DNA of 64,000 bases from Eubacteriales bacterium (GTDB lineage: Bacteria; Bacillota; Clostridia; Oscillospirales; CAG-382), in NCBI GenBank assembly GCA_045600125.1, contig JAZRXH010000095.1, forward strand, positions 1,445 to 65,444, in the 5' to 3' direction. The translations under genes and the position numbers were made by a program. Every line of letters begins with the position of its first letter. Within the stretch, counting starts at the first letter, position 1. The notes beneath the pieces were generated by a model. That model was given only the letters and a program-made list of their open reading frames with translations. It ran no database searches and had not been told where the DNA came from. Positions 18,837 to 27,369 of this stretch are shown piece by piece.

Positions 18837-18871
18837 AAAAGTCAGACGGCTGTCTTGTCGTCTGACTTTTT
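18837..18871. terminator. bidirectional intrinsic terminator between convergent genes
   Basis: AAAA-GTCAGACG-gctgtcttgt-CGTCTGAC-TTTTT. Confidence 0.8.
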
Positions 18872-18891
18872 GCATTATCTCTGTGAAGGGA

Positions 18892-19647
18892 TCAGATCTC
18901 ATATTCCCGGAACAGCTCGGGATACAGAACCTCGCCGGAATAGCCTTCGGCTATGGCAGAGAGGACGGCATGCTGCTGCTTTATCCCGCCGTGAACGAGG
19001 AACATCCTGCCCGTTTTGCATCGGATCGCAGTCTTTGCCGCATCGTAGGCACAGGAATGACCGCTTGGAAACCGTTCGTGTACGGGAGCGCCCACACCCT
19101 GGGATACTTCGTGGACGATGGCGTCACAGCCGAGGAAGAAGTCGGCAATTTCATCCTTGTATCTTGAATCGCCGAGGATGCCGAGAGTTCTGCCTCCGAT
19201 CGTGAATTTGTAGCAGAGACCGGGAATGGCGTGGTCGGACTCGAAGCATTCGACGTGAAGCTCGCCGATATCAAGACTGTCGCCGCCCGAAAGCTCGCAC
19301 ACCCTCGGCCTCGGCATACCGAGGTAATACCGGTCGAGCATGGCAAAGTCTTCGGCTCTCTTTACGGTTTCGGCGATCTGCGAGGCGTGACCGTATATCG
19401 TGCAGGTCGTGCCCTTGGTCTGGAGCTTATAGAACAGAAAGAGCGGAAGCCCCATGATGTGATCGTGATGGCAGTGCGTGACGAAAACGTGCTTTACGGA
19501 GTTTGGGTCGATGCCGTGCTCGGCGAGGGACAGCGCCGATTTGTAGCCGAGGTCAACGAGATATTTTCCGTCTATGATAAAGCAGGGCGCATCGCCATCC
19601 GGCTCATCCGGGATGCAGGGGGACTTTCCGAGGAATATGATTTTCAT
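18892..19647 (-). CDS. MBL-fold metallo-hydrolase
   Basis: HxHxDH motif HCHHDH, plus downstream His/Asp ligands (SDHAIPG, VHE). Confidence 0.8.
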   Translation of the reverse strand: MKIIFLGKSPCIPDEPDGDAPCFIIDGKYLVDLGYKSALSLAEHGIDPNSVKHVFVTHCHHDHIMGLPLFLFYKLQTKGTTCTIYGHASQIAETVKRAEDFAMLDRYYLGMPRPRVCELSGGDSLDIGELHVECFESDHAIPGLCYKFTIGGRTLGILGDSRYKDEIADFFLGCDAIVHEVSQGVGAPVHERFPSGHSCAYDAAKTAIRCKTGRMFLVHGGIKQQHAVLSAIAEGYSGEVLYPELFREYEI

Positions 19648-19663
19648 ATCGCACCGAAGCCTT

Positions 19664-20923
19664 TCAGATTCTCACGTGACCGTCGCCGACCACGATATAT
19701 TTGTAGGTCGTCAGCTCCCGGAGTCCCATGGGACCTCTTGCGTGGAGCTTCTGAGTGGAGATGCCCATTTCACAGCCGAGACCGAATTCTCCGCCGTCGG
19801 TGAAGCGGGTGGAGGCATTCACGTACACGGCGGCGCTGTCGATGAATTTTGTGAAAAGCTCCGCATTGTGTTTGTCGGATGTGACGATGGCTTCGCTGTG
19901 ATGGGTGGAATGGAGTGAAATGTGCTCGATCGCCTCGTTTACGTCCTCTACGGTCTTTACGGCGAGGATGTAATCGAGAAATTCCGTGTCAAAGTCCGTA
20001 TCACTTGCCGGAGTACCTTCAATGATCGAGGCGCTCTTTTGGCAAAGACGGAGCTCGACCGGGATCTCGCCGTTATTCCGGCGCTCGTCGACGAGCATTT
20101 TCTTCAGCTTCGGCAAAAAGCTACCGGCGACGTTTTTATGGACAAGGCACACCTCTTCGGCGTTGCAAACCGAGGGTCGGCTCGTCTTTGCGTTCTTTAT
20201 GATCGCCAGCGCCTTTTCCTCGTCGGCGCTTTCGTCCACGTAAATATGGCAGATACCGGTGCCGGTGGCGATGCAGGGAACGGTGGCGTTCTCGGTGCAG
20301 GCACGGATGAGCCCTGCGCCGCCGCGGGGGATCAGAAGGTCGATGAAGCCTTCCGCACGCATGAGCTCGGAAGCGCTTTCCCGGGTGGTATCGTCAATGA
20401 GAGATACGAGCCGCTCGTCGAGTCCCGCCCTCACAAGACCCCGGCGAAGGCAGGCGACGACAGCCTTTGAGCTGTTGTACGCTTCCTTGCCGCTGCGAAG
20501 GATGCACACGTTTCCGGATTTTAAGCAGAGGGCGGCGGCGTCGGCGGTGACGTTGGGTCTGCTTTCGTAAATGATGGCGATAACGCCGATGGCGACGGCG
20601 GTCTTGGTAATCCGGAGACCGTCGGGACGCACGAATTCGTCCAGCACTCTGCCGCAGGGGTCGGGGAGAGAAGCGACCTCCCGGATGCCTTTTGCCATGC
20701 CTTCGATCCTTGCCGGAGTCAGGCGCAGTCTGTCGATCATGACATCGGAAATTTTGCCTTTTGCGTTTTCGATATCCCGCTCATTTTCCGAAAGAAGGGT
20801 ATCGGCAGACGAGAGAAGCTCCTCTGCAATGTATTCCAGCGCTTTATTCTTTATTTCGGACCCAAGGGATGCGGCACATTTTTTCGCTTCCTTTGCCCCT
20901 TCGAGTATTTCTTTCGTTGTCAT
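19664..20923 (-). CDS. proA: glutamate-5-semialdehyde dehydrogenase (gamma-glutamyl phosphate reductase)
   Basis: Full-length ProA-like sequence of 419 aa, with IYESRPNVT, the catalytic Cys context SRPSVCNAEE, and ASTRFTDGGEFG. Confidence 0.93.
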   Translation of the reverse strand: MTTKEILEGAKEAKKCAASLGSEIKNKALEYIAEELLSSADTLLSENERDIENAKGKISDVMIDRLRLTPARIEGMAKGIREVASLPDPCGRVLDEFVRPDGLRITKTAVAIGVIAIIYESRPNVTADAAALCLKSGNVCILRSGKEAYNSSKAVVACLRRGLVRAGLDERLVSLIDDTTRESASELMRAEGFIDLLIPRGGAGLIRACTENATVPCIATGTGICHIYVDESADEEKALAIIKNAKTSRPSVCNAEEVCLVHKNVAGSFLPKLKKMLVDERRNNGEIPVELRLCQKSASIIEGTPASDTDFDTEFLDYILAVKTVEDVNEAIEHISLHSTHHSEAIVTSDKHNAELFTKFIDSAAVYVNASTRFTDGGEFGLGCEMGISTQKLHARGPMGLRELTTYKYIVVGDGHVRI

Positions 20924-22194
20924 TTCGTTTCCTTCGGCGGCGTTTTATTGCCGTCCGATCCTCCGTACTGCTTTCTGCTGTATGGCTTACTTTTTTCAGC
21001 GGCGGGGTTCTTGCTACCGAAGCTCTTTTGTCCTTTGTGTGCGCCGCAGGTATAGGGCACGGCGTCTTTCCTGAAGAACTGGTACAGATAGCATTTGATC
21101 ATGCCGTTATAGAGCTTTCTCGCCTTGTCGGCACGTCTGCCGTACAGCCTTTCAAATTCTTCTTCGCTCGTCAGAAGATACATCTGCCACGGCGGGACAA
21201 GTCCCGAAAGAGTCTTGCCGAGCTTGCGGTACAGCTCTCTTGCTTCGGCGATGCTTCCCATCCGTTCACCGTAGGGAGGATTGCAGACCAGTGTGAACCG
21301 CTCGTCCTCGCCGCCTGCCTTTATGGTAAGTGCGTCCTTGCGGAAGACCTTGATGTACTCCGCAACGCCCGCCCGTTTGGCGTTGGCTTTGGTGAGGGCG
21401 ACGCACTCCTCGGAGATATCCGAAGCCCATGCACGGAAATCGGTCCCGTGGCGCTTCTCCTCGCATTCCTTTCGGGCGCTTCTCCAGATCTCCTTCGGGA
21501 TCCAAGCGTAGTGCTCGGCGGCAAAGCGTCTGTTCATGCCGGGGGCTGTATTCGTCATCAGAAGCGCCGCTTCGATGGCGATGGTGCCGGAGCCGCAGAA
21601 GGGATCCCAGGTGATGACGTTTTCTCTCGGTCTTGACAGCTTTACAAGAGAAGCCGCCAGCGTTTCCCGAAGGGGCGCCTCGGCTGCGTCCTCCCGGTAG
21701 CCTCTCTTGAAGAGGGGATTGCCGGAGGTGTCGATCATCAGCACCGCTTTATCCTCGAGAATGAAGAATTCCACTCTGACCTTTGTCTTGGTTTCCTCAA
21801 ACCAGCTCACGCCGTACTTTTCGGACAGCCTCTTGACGATGGCTTTCTTGCAGATGGCCTGACAGTCGGGGACGCTGAAGAGCTTTGACTTGATCGAGTG
21901 TCCCGTTACCGGAAAGGCGTCCTCCACGCCGATGAAATCCTCCCACGGAAGGGCGGCGGTGCCGTCGAACAGCTCGGTGAAGGTGGCGGCATTGAAGGCT
22001 CCGAGGCAGATAAAGACTCTTTCGGCGCAGCGAAGCCAGAGATTGCACCGTGCTGCGGCGCTGACGTCTCCTTCAAAATAGACTCTTCCGTCGATGGTCT
22101 CGGTGCGCTTGTAGCCGAGCTCGTCTATCTCTTCTCCCACGAGCCTTTCGAGACCGAAAAGGCAGGTGGCGCAGTATTTCAGTGTTTCGTTCAT
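20920..22194 (-). CDS. THUMP-domain class I SAM-dependent RNA methyltransferase (RlmL/YpsC-like, COG0116)
   Basis: N-terminal THUMP-like region, SAM-binding DPFCGSGT and catalytic NPPYGERMG. It has an unusual Lys/Gly-rich C-terminal tail of about 50 aa. Its stop overlaps the proA start (ATGA). Confidence 0.82.
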   Translation of the reverse strand: MNETLKYCATCLFGLERLVGEEIDELGYKRTETIDGRVYFEGDVSAAARCNLWLRCAERVFICLGAFNAATFTELFDGTAALPWEDFIGVEDAFPVTGHSIKSKLFSVPDCQAICKKAIVKRLSEKYGVSWFEETKTKVRVEFFILEDKAVLMIDTSGNPLFKRGYREDAAEAPLRETLAASLVKLSRPRENVITWDPFCGSGTIAIEAALLMTNTAPGMNRRFAAEHYAWIPKEIWRSARKECEEKRHGTDFRAWASDISEECVALTKANAKRAGVAEYIKVFRKDALTIKAGGEDERFTLVCNPPYGERMGSIAEARELYRKLGKTLSGLVPPWQMYLLTSEEEFERLYGRRADKARKLYNGMIKCYLYQFFRKDAVPYTCGAHKGQKSFGSKNPAAEKSKPYSRKQYGGSDGNKTPPKETK

Positions 22195-22219
22195 GGTTTA
22201 CCTCTTATGCATTCGGGAC

Positions 22220-22687
22220 TTACCTGCCTGAAGGATCCACGGTGTTATTCCCGAAGACCGGCTCGTATTCCGCTTCTTTTCCTTTGTCGCCTTTTCTCAG
22301 AAGCGCCTTTATGCCGGCAGAGGCGAAGGCGACGAAGGCATAGAGCACCGTAAAGATCGTGCTGAGAATGATGACGTTGATCTTTCCGTTATCGGTCTGC
22401 ACGAGCAGAACAAAAGCAAGGAAGAAGGCACCGAAGCACAGAACGAACTTCAAAAGCTCCCGCACGGCGCTTTCCAGCTTCTTCGGCAGATCAAGAAGGG
22501 TTATAAACAGTGCGGACAGGGCAGAGAAGAGGAGCACCTGCAAAAAGAGTCTTATCACTCCTGTCCAGTCCGGGGCTTCGTTCACCGAAAAGATCCGGTT
22601 GAGGAGAAGAAGACCGAAGGAGGTGCAGGTGTAAAGCGAAAAGCAGATCCCGAAGAATTTCCCGAGTGTCAGAAGTAGTTTTTTCAT
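22220..22687 (-). CDS. hypothetical integral membrane protein (about 4 TM)
   Basis: Four hydrophobic helices. It is first in the minus-strand operon, downstream of the promoter at 22751-22779. I recognise no family. Confidence 0.6.
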   Translation of the reverse strand: MKKLLLTLGKFFGICFSLYTCTSFGLLLLNRIFSVNEAPDWTGVIRLFLQVLLFSALSALFITLLDLPKKLESAVRELLKFVLCFGAFFLAFVLLVQTDNGKINVIILSTIFTVLYAFVAFASAGIKALLRKGDKGKEAEYEPVFGNNTVDPSGR

Positions 22688-22750
22688 TTTGTGTGATTCC
22701 GTTCCTTTCCGGCTTGTAAAGTCATTTTATAATTGCATTTTTTCCCTTCC

Positions 22751-22779
22751 ACTATACCACACTTTTTTCCTTCTTGCAA
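22751..22779 (-). promoter_or_regulatory. sigma-A promoter of the minus-strand operon (membrane protein, THUMP MTase, proA, MBL)
   Basis: The minus strand reads TTGCAA-17 nt (ending TGG)-TATAGT. Confidence 0.6.
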
Positions 22780-22929
22780 GGGCGAAAACGTAAAAAGCGG
22801 GAAAAGAGACGGCGTTTTGCAAAAAAGTTTCACGAAGCGATACAAAAGTTTACACGGCTTGCCTTTCTGTTTGCGCCATTTGTGATATAATAAACGGTAA
22901 AACGGAATCGTATGGAAGCGAGGCACACC

Positions 22930-23865
22930 ATGTTCGGATATATTCGCCCTTATAAGCCCGAGCTGAAAATCAGAGAATATGCCGCCTATCGGGCGGTATA
23001 CTGCGGACTCTGCCATACGGCGGGTAAGAAGATCGGTATATTTTCAAGGTTCTTCCTGAACTACGACTACGTGTTCCTCGCCATGCTCCGCATGGTGCTG
23101 ACGAACCGTGAATACACGCTGGAAAAAGAACGGTGCTTTGTGAATCCTTTCCGGAAAGACGACGTTGTATCGGAAAATGAAGAGATGGTCCTCTCGGCGG
23201 CGGTCTTTTCTGTGCTGGCGTATCACAAGGCTCTTGACAACGTGAAGGATGAAAAGGCGTTTGCAAAGTTTTTTGCTCGTATGATCCTTCCCATGACGGA
23301 ACACATGCGAAAAAAAGCGATGGCGCTCGGCTTTCCGGATATTGACCTTGCCGCAAGCGACTGCATGGAAATGCTTTCGGAAAACGAAGAAAAGGCGCTT
23401 CCGGACATTGAGAAAAACGCCGATATCTTCGGCGAGATGCTGGCGTATTTCCTTGCAAGAGGACTTGGTGAAGATAAAAAGGAAACGGCACGGAGCATCG
23501 GCTTTGCCGTGGGGCGGTTCATCTACTTTGCCGACGCCGCAGACGACCTTGCAAAGGACGAAAAAAGCGGCTCGTACAATCCGCTCCTTTTGCAGTACGG
23601 GAGCAGAACGGAAGCCGAAAAGGCGGTGCGGGAATTCGCTCCTTCGCTCCTTCGCGAGACCGATGAATGCGCCGACCTTCTCGGAGAGATGCGTCCGCTT
23701 CTTTCTCCCGCCCTTCGGGAGCTTTGCGACATTTCAAGAAACATTCTGTATCTCGGCACAAGCTCCGTCCTGTCCGGGATCCTGTGCGGGAAAAAGAGAA
23801 AGGAAAACGAAGACGGTTTCCTTGACGGTTCCGACGTCGGAAAAACGACCGAAAAAGCGGATTAA
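22930..23865 (+). CDS. DUF5685-like protein (unknown function, N-terminal CxxC)
   Basis: The N-terminus MFGYIRPYKPELKIREYAAYRAVYCGLCH matches my recollection of the DUF5685 family. Start moved to ATG 22930, with AGCGAGG 6 nt upstream. Confidence 0.7.
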   Translation: MFGYIRPYKPELKIREYAAYRAVYCGLCHTAGKKIGIFSRFFLNYDYVFLAMLRMVLTNREYTLEKERCFVNPFRKDDVVSENEEMVLSAAVFSVLAYHKALDNVKDEKAFAKFFARMILPMTEHMRKKAMALGFPDIDLAASDCMEMLSENEEKALPDIEKNADIFGEMLAYFLARGLGEDKKETARSIGFAVGRFIYFADAADDLAKDEKSGSYNPLLLQYGSRTEAEKAVREFAPSLLRETDECADLLGEMRPLLSPALRELCDISRNILYLGTSSVLSGILCGKKRKENEDGFLDGSDVGKTTEKAD

Positions 23866-23925
23866 CGTTTTGACCCTGCCTTGTTTCCCATTCCTGCTTT
23901 CAGAAACAATCAGAAACAAAAGGAG

Positions 23926-24633
23926 ATGGACCGATTGAGATCCCCCTATGAAATACTCGGCGTTTCCCCCGGCGCCACCGATGAAGAGATCAAAAAGGCA
24001 TACCGAGAGCTTGCCAAGAAATATCATCCCGACGCAAACCCCGACAACGCCTATGCGGCGCAGAAAATGAGCGAGATCAACGCCGCCTACGACAGGATCG
24101 CGGAAATGCGCAAAAACGGTTCTTCTTATGAGAGCGGTACCGACGACGATTTCTCGTCGCAGAACACTTCCGGCAGCGGAAGCTATACCGGCAGTCATAC
24201 CTACGGACCTTACGGGTCATACGGCTTTGGCAATATGGGTCCCGAGGAGGCGGCGAAGCTTCTTTCGGACGCAAGAAGGCTTTTGCAGAACGGCAATCTT
24301 ATCGGTGCTCTTTCGGCGCTCGACCGTATTCCGACGTCGCTCCGCAATGCCGAGTGGCATTATCTTACCGGATGCGTGTACAGCGGACTCGGCAGCTATA
24401 CGAGAGCGTCAAGCGAATTCGGTGCCGCTCTTTCCCTTGACCCCGATAACGAAGAATACAGAAGGGCGAAGCAGGAGGCAAATTCCCGCTCCGGCGGATA
24501 CAGGCGCTATACCGATGACTCCGATTCGACGTACATCCCCTTCGGGTGTCTGTGCCCCTGCGATTCCTGCTGTGACGTCTGCGCCTGCATGGCGTGCTCG
24601 AACATACTCATGAACTGTCTGTGCGGAAGATGA
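23926..24633 (+). CDS. J-domain protein with TPR-like middle region and Cys-rich C-terminal tail
   Basis: J domain [32 protein letters not shown] carries the HPD motif. It is followed by a Gly/Ser/Tyr-rich linker, a TPR-like segment, and a tail with 10 Cys in the last 30 aa. TTG 23935 is an alternative start with better SD spacing. Confidence 0.85.
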   Translation: MDRLRSPYEILGVSPGATDEEIKKAYRELAKKYHPDANPDNAYAAQKMSEINAAYDRIAEMRKNGSSYESGTDDDFSSQNTSGSGSYTGSHTYGPYGSYGFGNMGPEEAAKLLSDARRLLQNGNLIGALSALDRIPTSLRNAEWHYLTGCVYSGLGSYTRASSEFGAALSLDPDNEEYRRAKQEANSRSGGYRRYTDDSDSTYIPFGCLCPCDSCCDVCACMACSNILMNCLCGR

Positions 24634-24697
24634 GATTTCTGCCTTCCCGTCGAGGGTATACCGACTTTTGGACGATTGCTACGGAGAATTCCCGGAT

Positions 24698-25228
24698 ATG
24701 AGAAACAACAACACGAAAAGAATTGCCGCCTCCGCCATTCTTTCGGCGCTTGCGGCGGTGCTTCTGTTCATCGGAAGCATTCTCGATATACTGGATCTTA
24801 CCTGTGCGGCTGCGGCTTCTCTGTCGACGGCGTTTGCGGCGGAGGAGCTGAAGGGAAAATACCCGCTCTGCGTATGGGCGGTCGCCTCGGCGCTGGCGCT
24901 TTTTTTGATGCCGTCCTCCACGGCGGTGATGTATTATGCCGTTTTCATCGGCTTTTATCCGCTTCTGAAAAATCTTCTTGAAAAGCTGCCCGGTATTCTT
25001 GCTCTCTTTCTGAAGTTCCTTCTTTTCAACGCCGCCGTCACCGCTCTGTTCTTCCTTGCACGGTGGGTGTTCCTCGATGAGGGAACGGAGGCGGGAGCTC
25101 TGGCGGTCACGCTTGTCTACGTGCTTTCCAATATCTTTTTTGCGGCGTACGACCTTGCCCTCGGAAATCTGTTGAAGATGTACCGGCGGCACTTCCGGAA
25201 GGTATGGAGGATCGACAGATATCTATAA
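24698..25228 (+). CDS. hypothetical polytopic membrane protein
   Basis: About 5 hydrophobic helices. Start at ATG 24698, with ACGGAGAA 9 nt upstream. I recognise no family. Confidence 0.6.
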   Translation: MRNNNTKRIAASAILSALAAVLLFIGSILDILDLTCAAAASLSTAFAAEELKGKYPLCVWAVASALALFLMPSSTAVMYYAVFIGFYPLLKNLLEKLPGILALFLKFLLFNAAVTALFFLARWVFLDEGTEAGALAVTLVYVLSNIFFAAYDLALGNLLKMYRRHFRKVWRIDRYL

Positions 25229-25400
25229 CAGGCATAAAAGGCGGCTTTCATATATTTCTCTTAAAATTCACACGCACGTCACAATATGATGATATAATGT
25301 CGCTTATGCGGGGACAGTCGGCGATTATTACGTTGTCGGGACGGCTGTCTGCAATCAAAGCATATCCAAAATACATCAATAAAAAAGGACGGAAAAAACA

Positions 25401-26507
25401 ATGAACAAGACAAAAATCGCAGCTCTCCTTCTGGCATCTCTGCTGTGTGCGGCTTCTCTGGTATCCTGCGACAACACCGATAATGCGCCCGATAATACGC
25501 CCGAAAACGGAGCCGAAGCGACGAATACCGGCGATGAAAACGGCGAAAGCGGTGACGTTGCCGCCGACGCTGCGGGACTTTCCGCTTATAACTGGAAATA
25601 CGCCGACGACGAGCCCTTCCTCAAGGTGGGCGACGATATCGTGAACTTTGACGAATACCGCTACTACTTCATGTCCACCCGTATGGCATATGACGGCGGC
25701 GACGAATCCTACTGGAACGAAGAGACCGAGGCACAGCTCCGGCAGACCGTTACCGAAAATATCAGCGTAAGACACGCCGCAAAGGCGCTCTGCGAGGAGC
25801 TCGGTATCGAGATCACCGACGCCGATCTTCAGGTCATGCGCGATCAGATTGATGCTTCCGTCGGATACTACGGCGGCGAGGAGGTTTTTGCCGAAATTCT
25901 CGACTCCAATTACCTTACCTCCGAGCTCTTTGACAAGCTCAGCGTATACGACATCTATGTGCAGAAGCTCTATGAATACTTCGGCGACGACGAGTCTGTC
26001 CTCGAGTACGCAAAGCAGAATTACGTGCGGGTTTCCCACGTGCTGGTCAATGCCACCGACGAATCCGGCGTTCTTCTCGAGGGGGACGCTCTTGCCGAGA
26101 AGAAGGCGATTGCCGACGAGGTCTATGAAAAGGCTGTTGCCGGTGAAGACTTTGACGGGCTTGTTGCCGACTACGGCGAAGACCCCGGCATGGTAAACAA
26201 TACGGTGGGTTACTATTTCACCTACGGTCAGATGGTCAGCGAGTTCGAAGAGGCTTCCTTTGCGCTGGAGGTCGGCGAGATCAGCGAGCCCGTGCTCACC
26301 AGTTACGGCTATCACATCATCAAGAAGCTCCCCATGGAGGATTCCTACATCCTTGACAAAAACGGCGAAGTATACGGAGCGATTCAGGATGCTATGTGCG
26401 GCGAAACGGTATACGAAGCCGTTATGAGCGTCAGCGACGGTCTTACCACCGAGAATACCGAGGCGAGCGAGAACGTTACGCTGGACAGCATCGCTTCCCA
26501 CAAATAA
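25401..26507 (+). CDS. PrsA-like parvulin peptidyl-prolyl isomerase lipoprotein
   Basis: Signal peptide with lipobox LVSC. Parvulin core GQMVSEFEEASFALEVGEISEPVLTSYGYHIIKK. Confidence 0.85.
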   Translation: MNKTKIAALLLASLLCAASLVSCDNTDNAPDNTPENGAEATNTGDENGESGDVAADAAGLSAYNWKYADDEPFLKVGDDIVNFDEYRYYFMSTRMAYDGGDESYWNEETEAQLRQTVTENISVRHAAKALCEELGIEITDADLQVMRDQIDASVGYYGGEEVFAEILDSNYLTSELFDKLSVYDIYVQKLYEYFGDDESVLEYAKQNYVRVSHVLVNATDESGVLLEGDALAEKKAIADEVYEKAVAGEDFDGLVADYGEDPGMVNNTVGYYFTYGQMVSEFEEASFALEVGEISEPVLTSYGYHIIKKLPMEDSYILDKNGEVYGAIQDAMCGETVYEAVMSVSDGLTTENTEASENVTLDSIASHK

Positions 26508-26537
26508 TAATCGTCTGTCTGTTGTGAGAACATACCG

Positions 26538-26574
26538 GATCTCCTCTGTGAAAGCAGGGGAGATCTCTTCTTTT
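26538..26574 (+). terminator. intrinsic terminator after the prsA-like gene
   Basis: GATCTCCTCTG-tgaaag-CAGGGGAGATC forms an 11-bp stem with one G-U pair, followed by TCTTCTTTT. Confidence 0.8.
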
Positions 26575-26612
26575 GCCGAAATGGAATTTTTTAGTTGACA
26601 CTTGCCGGAATA

Positions 26613-26637
26613 CAGTCCGACAGTCCGACAGTGCCGA
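26613..26637 (+). repeat. tandem 8-nt repeat CAGTCCGA, about three copies
   Basis: cagtccga cagtccga cagtgccga, ending 18 nt before the -35 at 26656. Confidence 0.7.
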
Positions 26638-26655
26638 AGATTTTGCCCTGAATTC

Positions 26656-26684
26656 TTGACAAACGGGAAATATTGTGGTAAAAT
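26656..26684 (+). promoter_or_regulatory. sigma-A promoter of the GNAT-gltX-glnS operon
   Basis: TTGACA-17 nt (ending TGG)-TAAAAT. Confidence 0.7.
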
Positions 26685-26781
26685 ATATTATCTGATTTTA
26701 TATTCTGCCGAAGGAAGCGCCGTGTGCCGAGAGTGCGCCGGTTAAGTCTATGAACGGCGTCATTTTTGAAGGAGGCAAGGG

Positions 26782-27327
26782 ATGCAGATAAAGAAACTGA
26801 AAAAAGAGCAGTACAGGGATTACGTTCTTCATTACACCTACACCTCCGAATACCACTACAAGGCGGCGCTTTGCGAGGATGCGAAGGGATTTTCCTTTCG
26901 GTTCGTTCTTGAAAAGCTCCCGGAGGTCCTCGACAGAGATTGTTACGATACCCTCTTTCAGCCCTATTGGAAGCGGGTCTCGGCTTTCGGCGTCTTTGAG
27001 GAAAACGCCGACGAAAACGCTGAGCCGATCGCCGTACTGGAGCTTGCCCGAGAGGACTGGAACAACCGTCTCATCATTTCCCAGCTTCTCGTAAACGAAG
27101 GGTACCGAGGAAAGGGCATCGGCAAAATGCTCATCGACAAGGCGAAGAGCGTCGCCGTAAAGGAAGACTTCCGGCTTATCACCCTTGAGACGCAGAGCTG
27201 CAATATCCCCGCCATTGAGTTTTACAAAAAATGCGGCTTTACGTTTGCCGGGACAAACCTCCATTTCTACTCGAACGACGACATATCCGAGAACGAAGTG
27301 ATGCTGGAAATGGTATATCTTTACTGA
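26782..27327 (+). CDS. GNAT family N-acetyltransferase (streptothricin-acetyltransferase-like)
   Basis: GNAT motif A in QLLVNEGYRGKGIGKMLI, then LETQSCNIPAIEFYKKCGF, which resembles Sat/YyaR-type enzymes. RBS is GGAGG. Confidence 0.75.
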   Translation: MQIKKLKKEQYRDYVLHYTYTSEYHYKAALCEDAKGFSFRFVLEKLPEVLDRDCYDTLFQPYWKRVSAFGVFEENADENAEPIAVLELAREDWNNRLIISQLLVNEGYRGKGIGKMLIDKAKSVAVKEDFRLITLETQSCNIPAIEFYKKCGFTFAGTNLHFYSNDDISENEVMLEMVYLY

Positions 27328-27369
27328 TACCGTTATATTTCGGAAAATAAGGAAAGGACGAAAAAATAA

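Noticed and set aside
25204-25404. A 66-aa ORF in the gap upstream of the prsA-like gene.
   Set aside because: It has no RBS and a basic low-complexity end, and it overlaps the 3' end of the preceding gene and the likely promoter and leader of prsA. It is probably non-coding.
27328-27369. I looked for T-box leaders upstream of gltX, glnS and cysS (59662-59693).
   Set aside because: These gaps are only 32-51 nt. The operon leader at 26690-26781 is about 90 nt and lacks a specifier or T-box sequence. No T-box is present.
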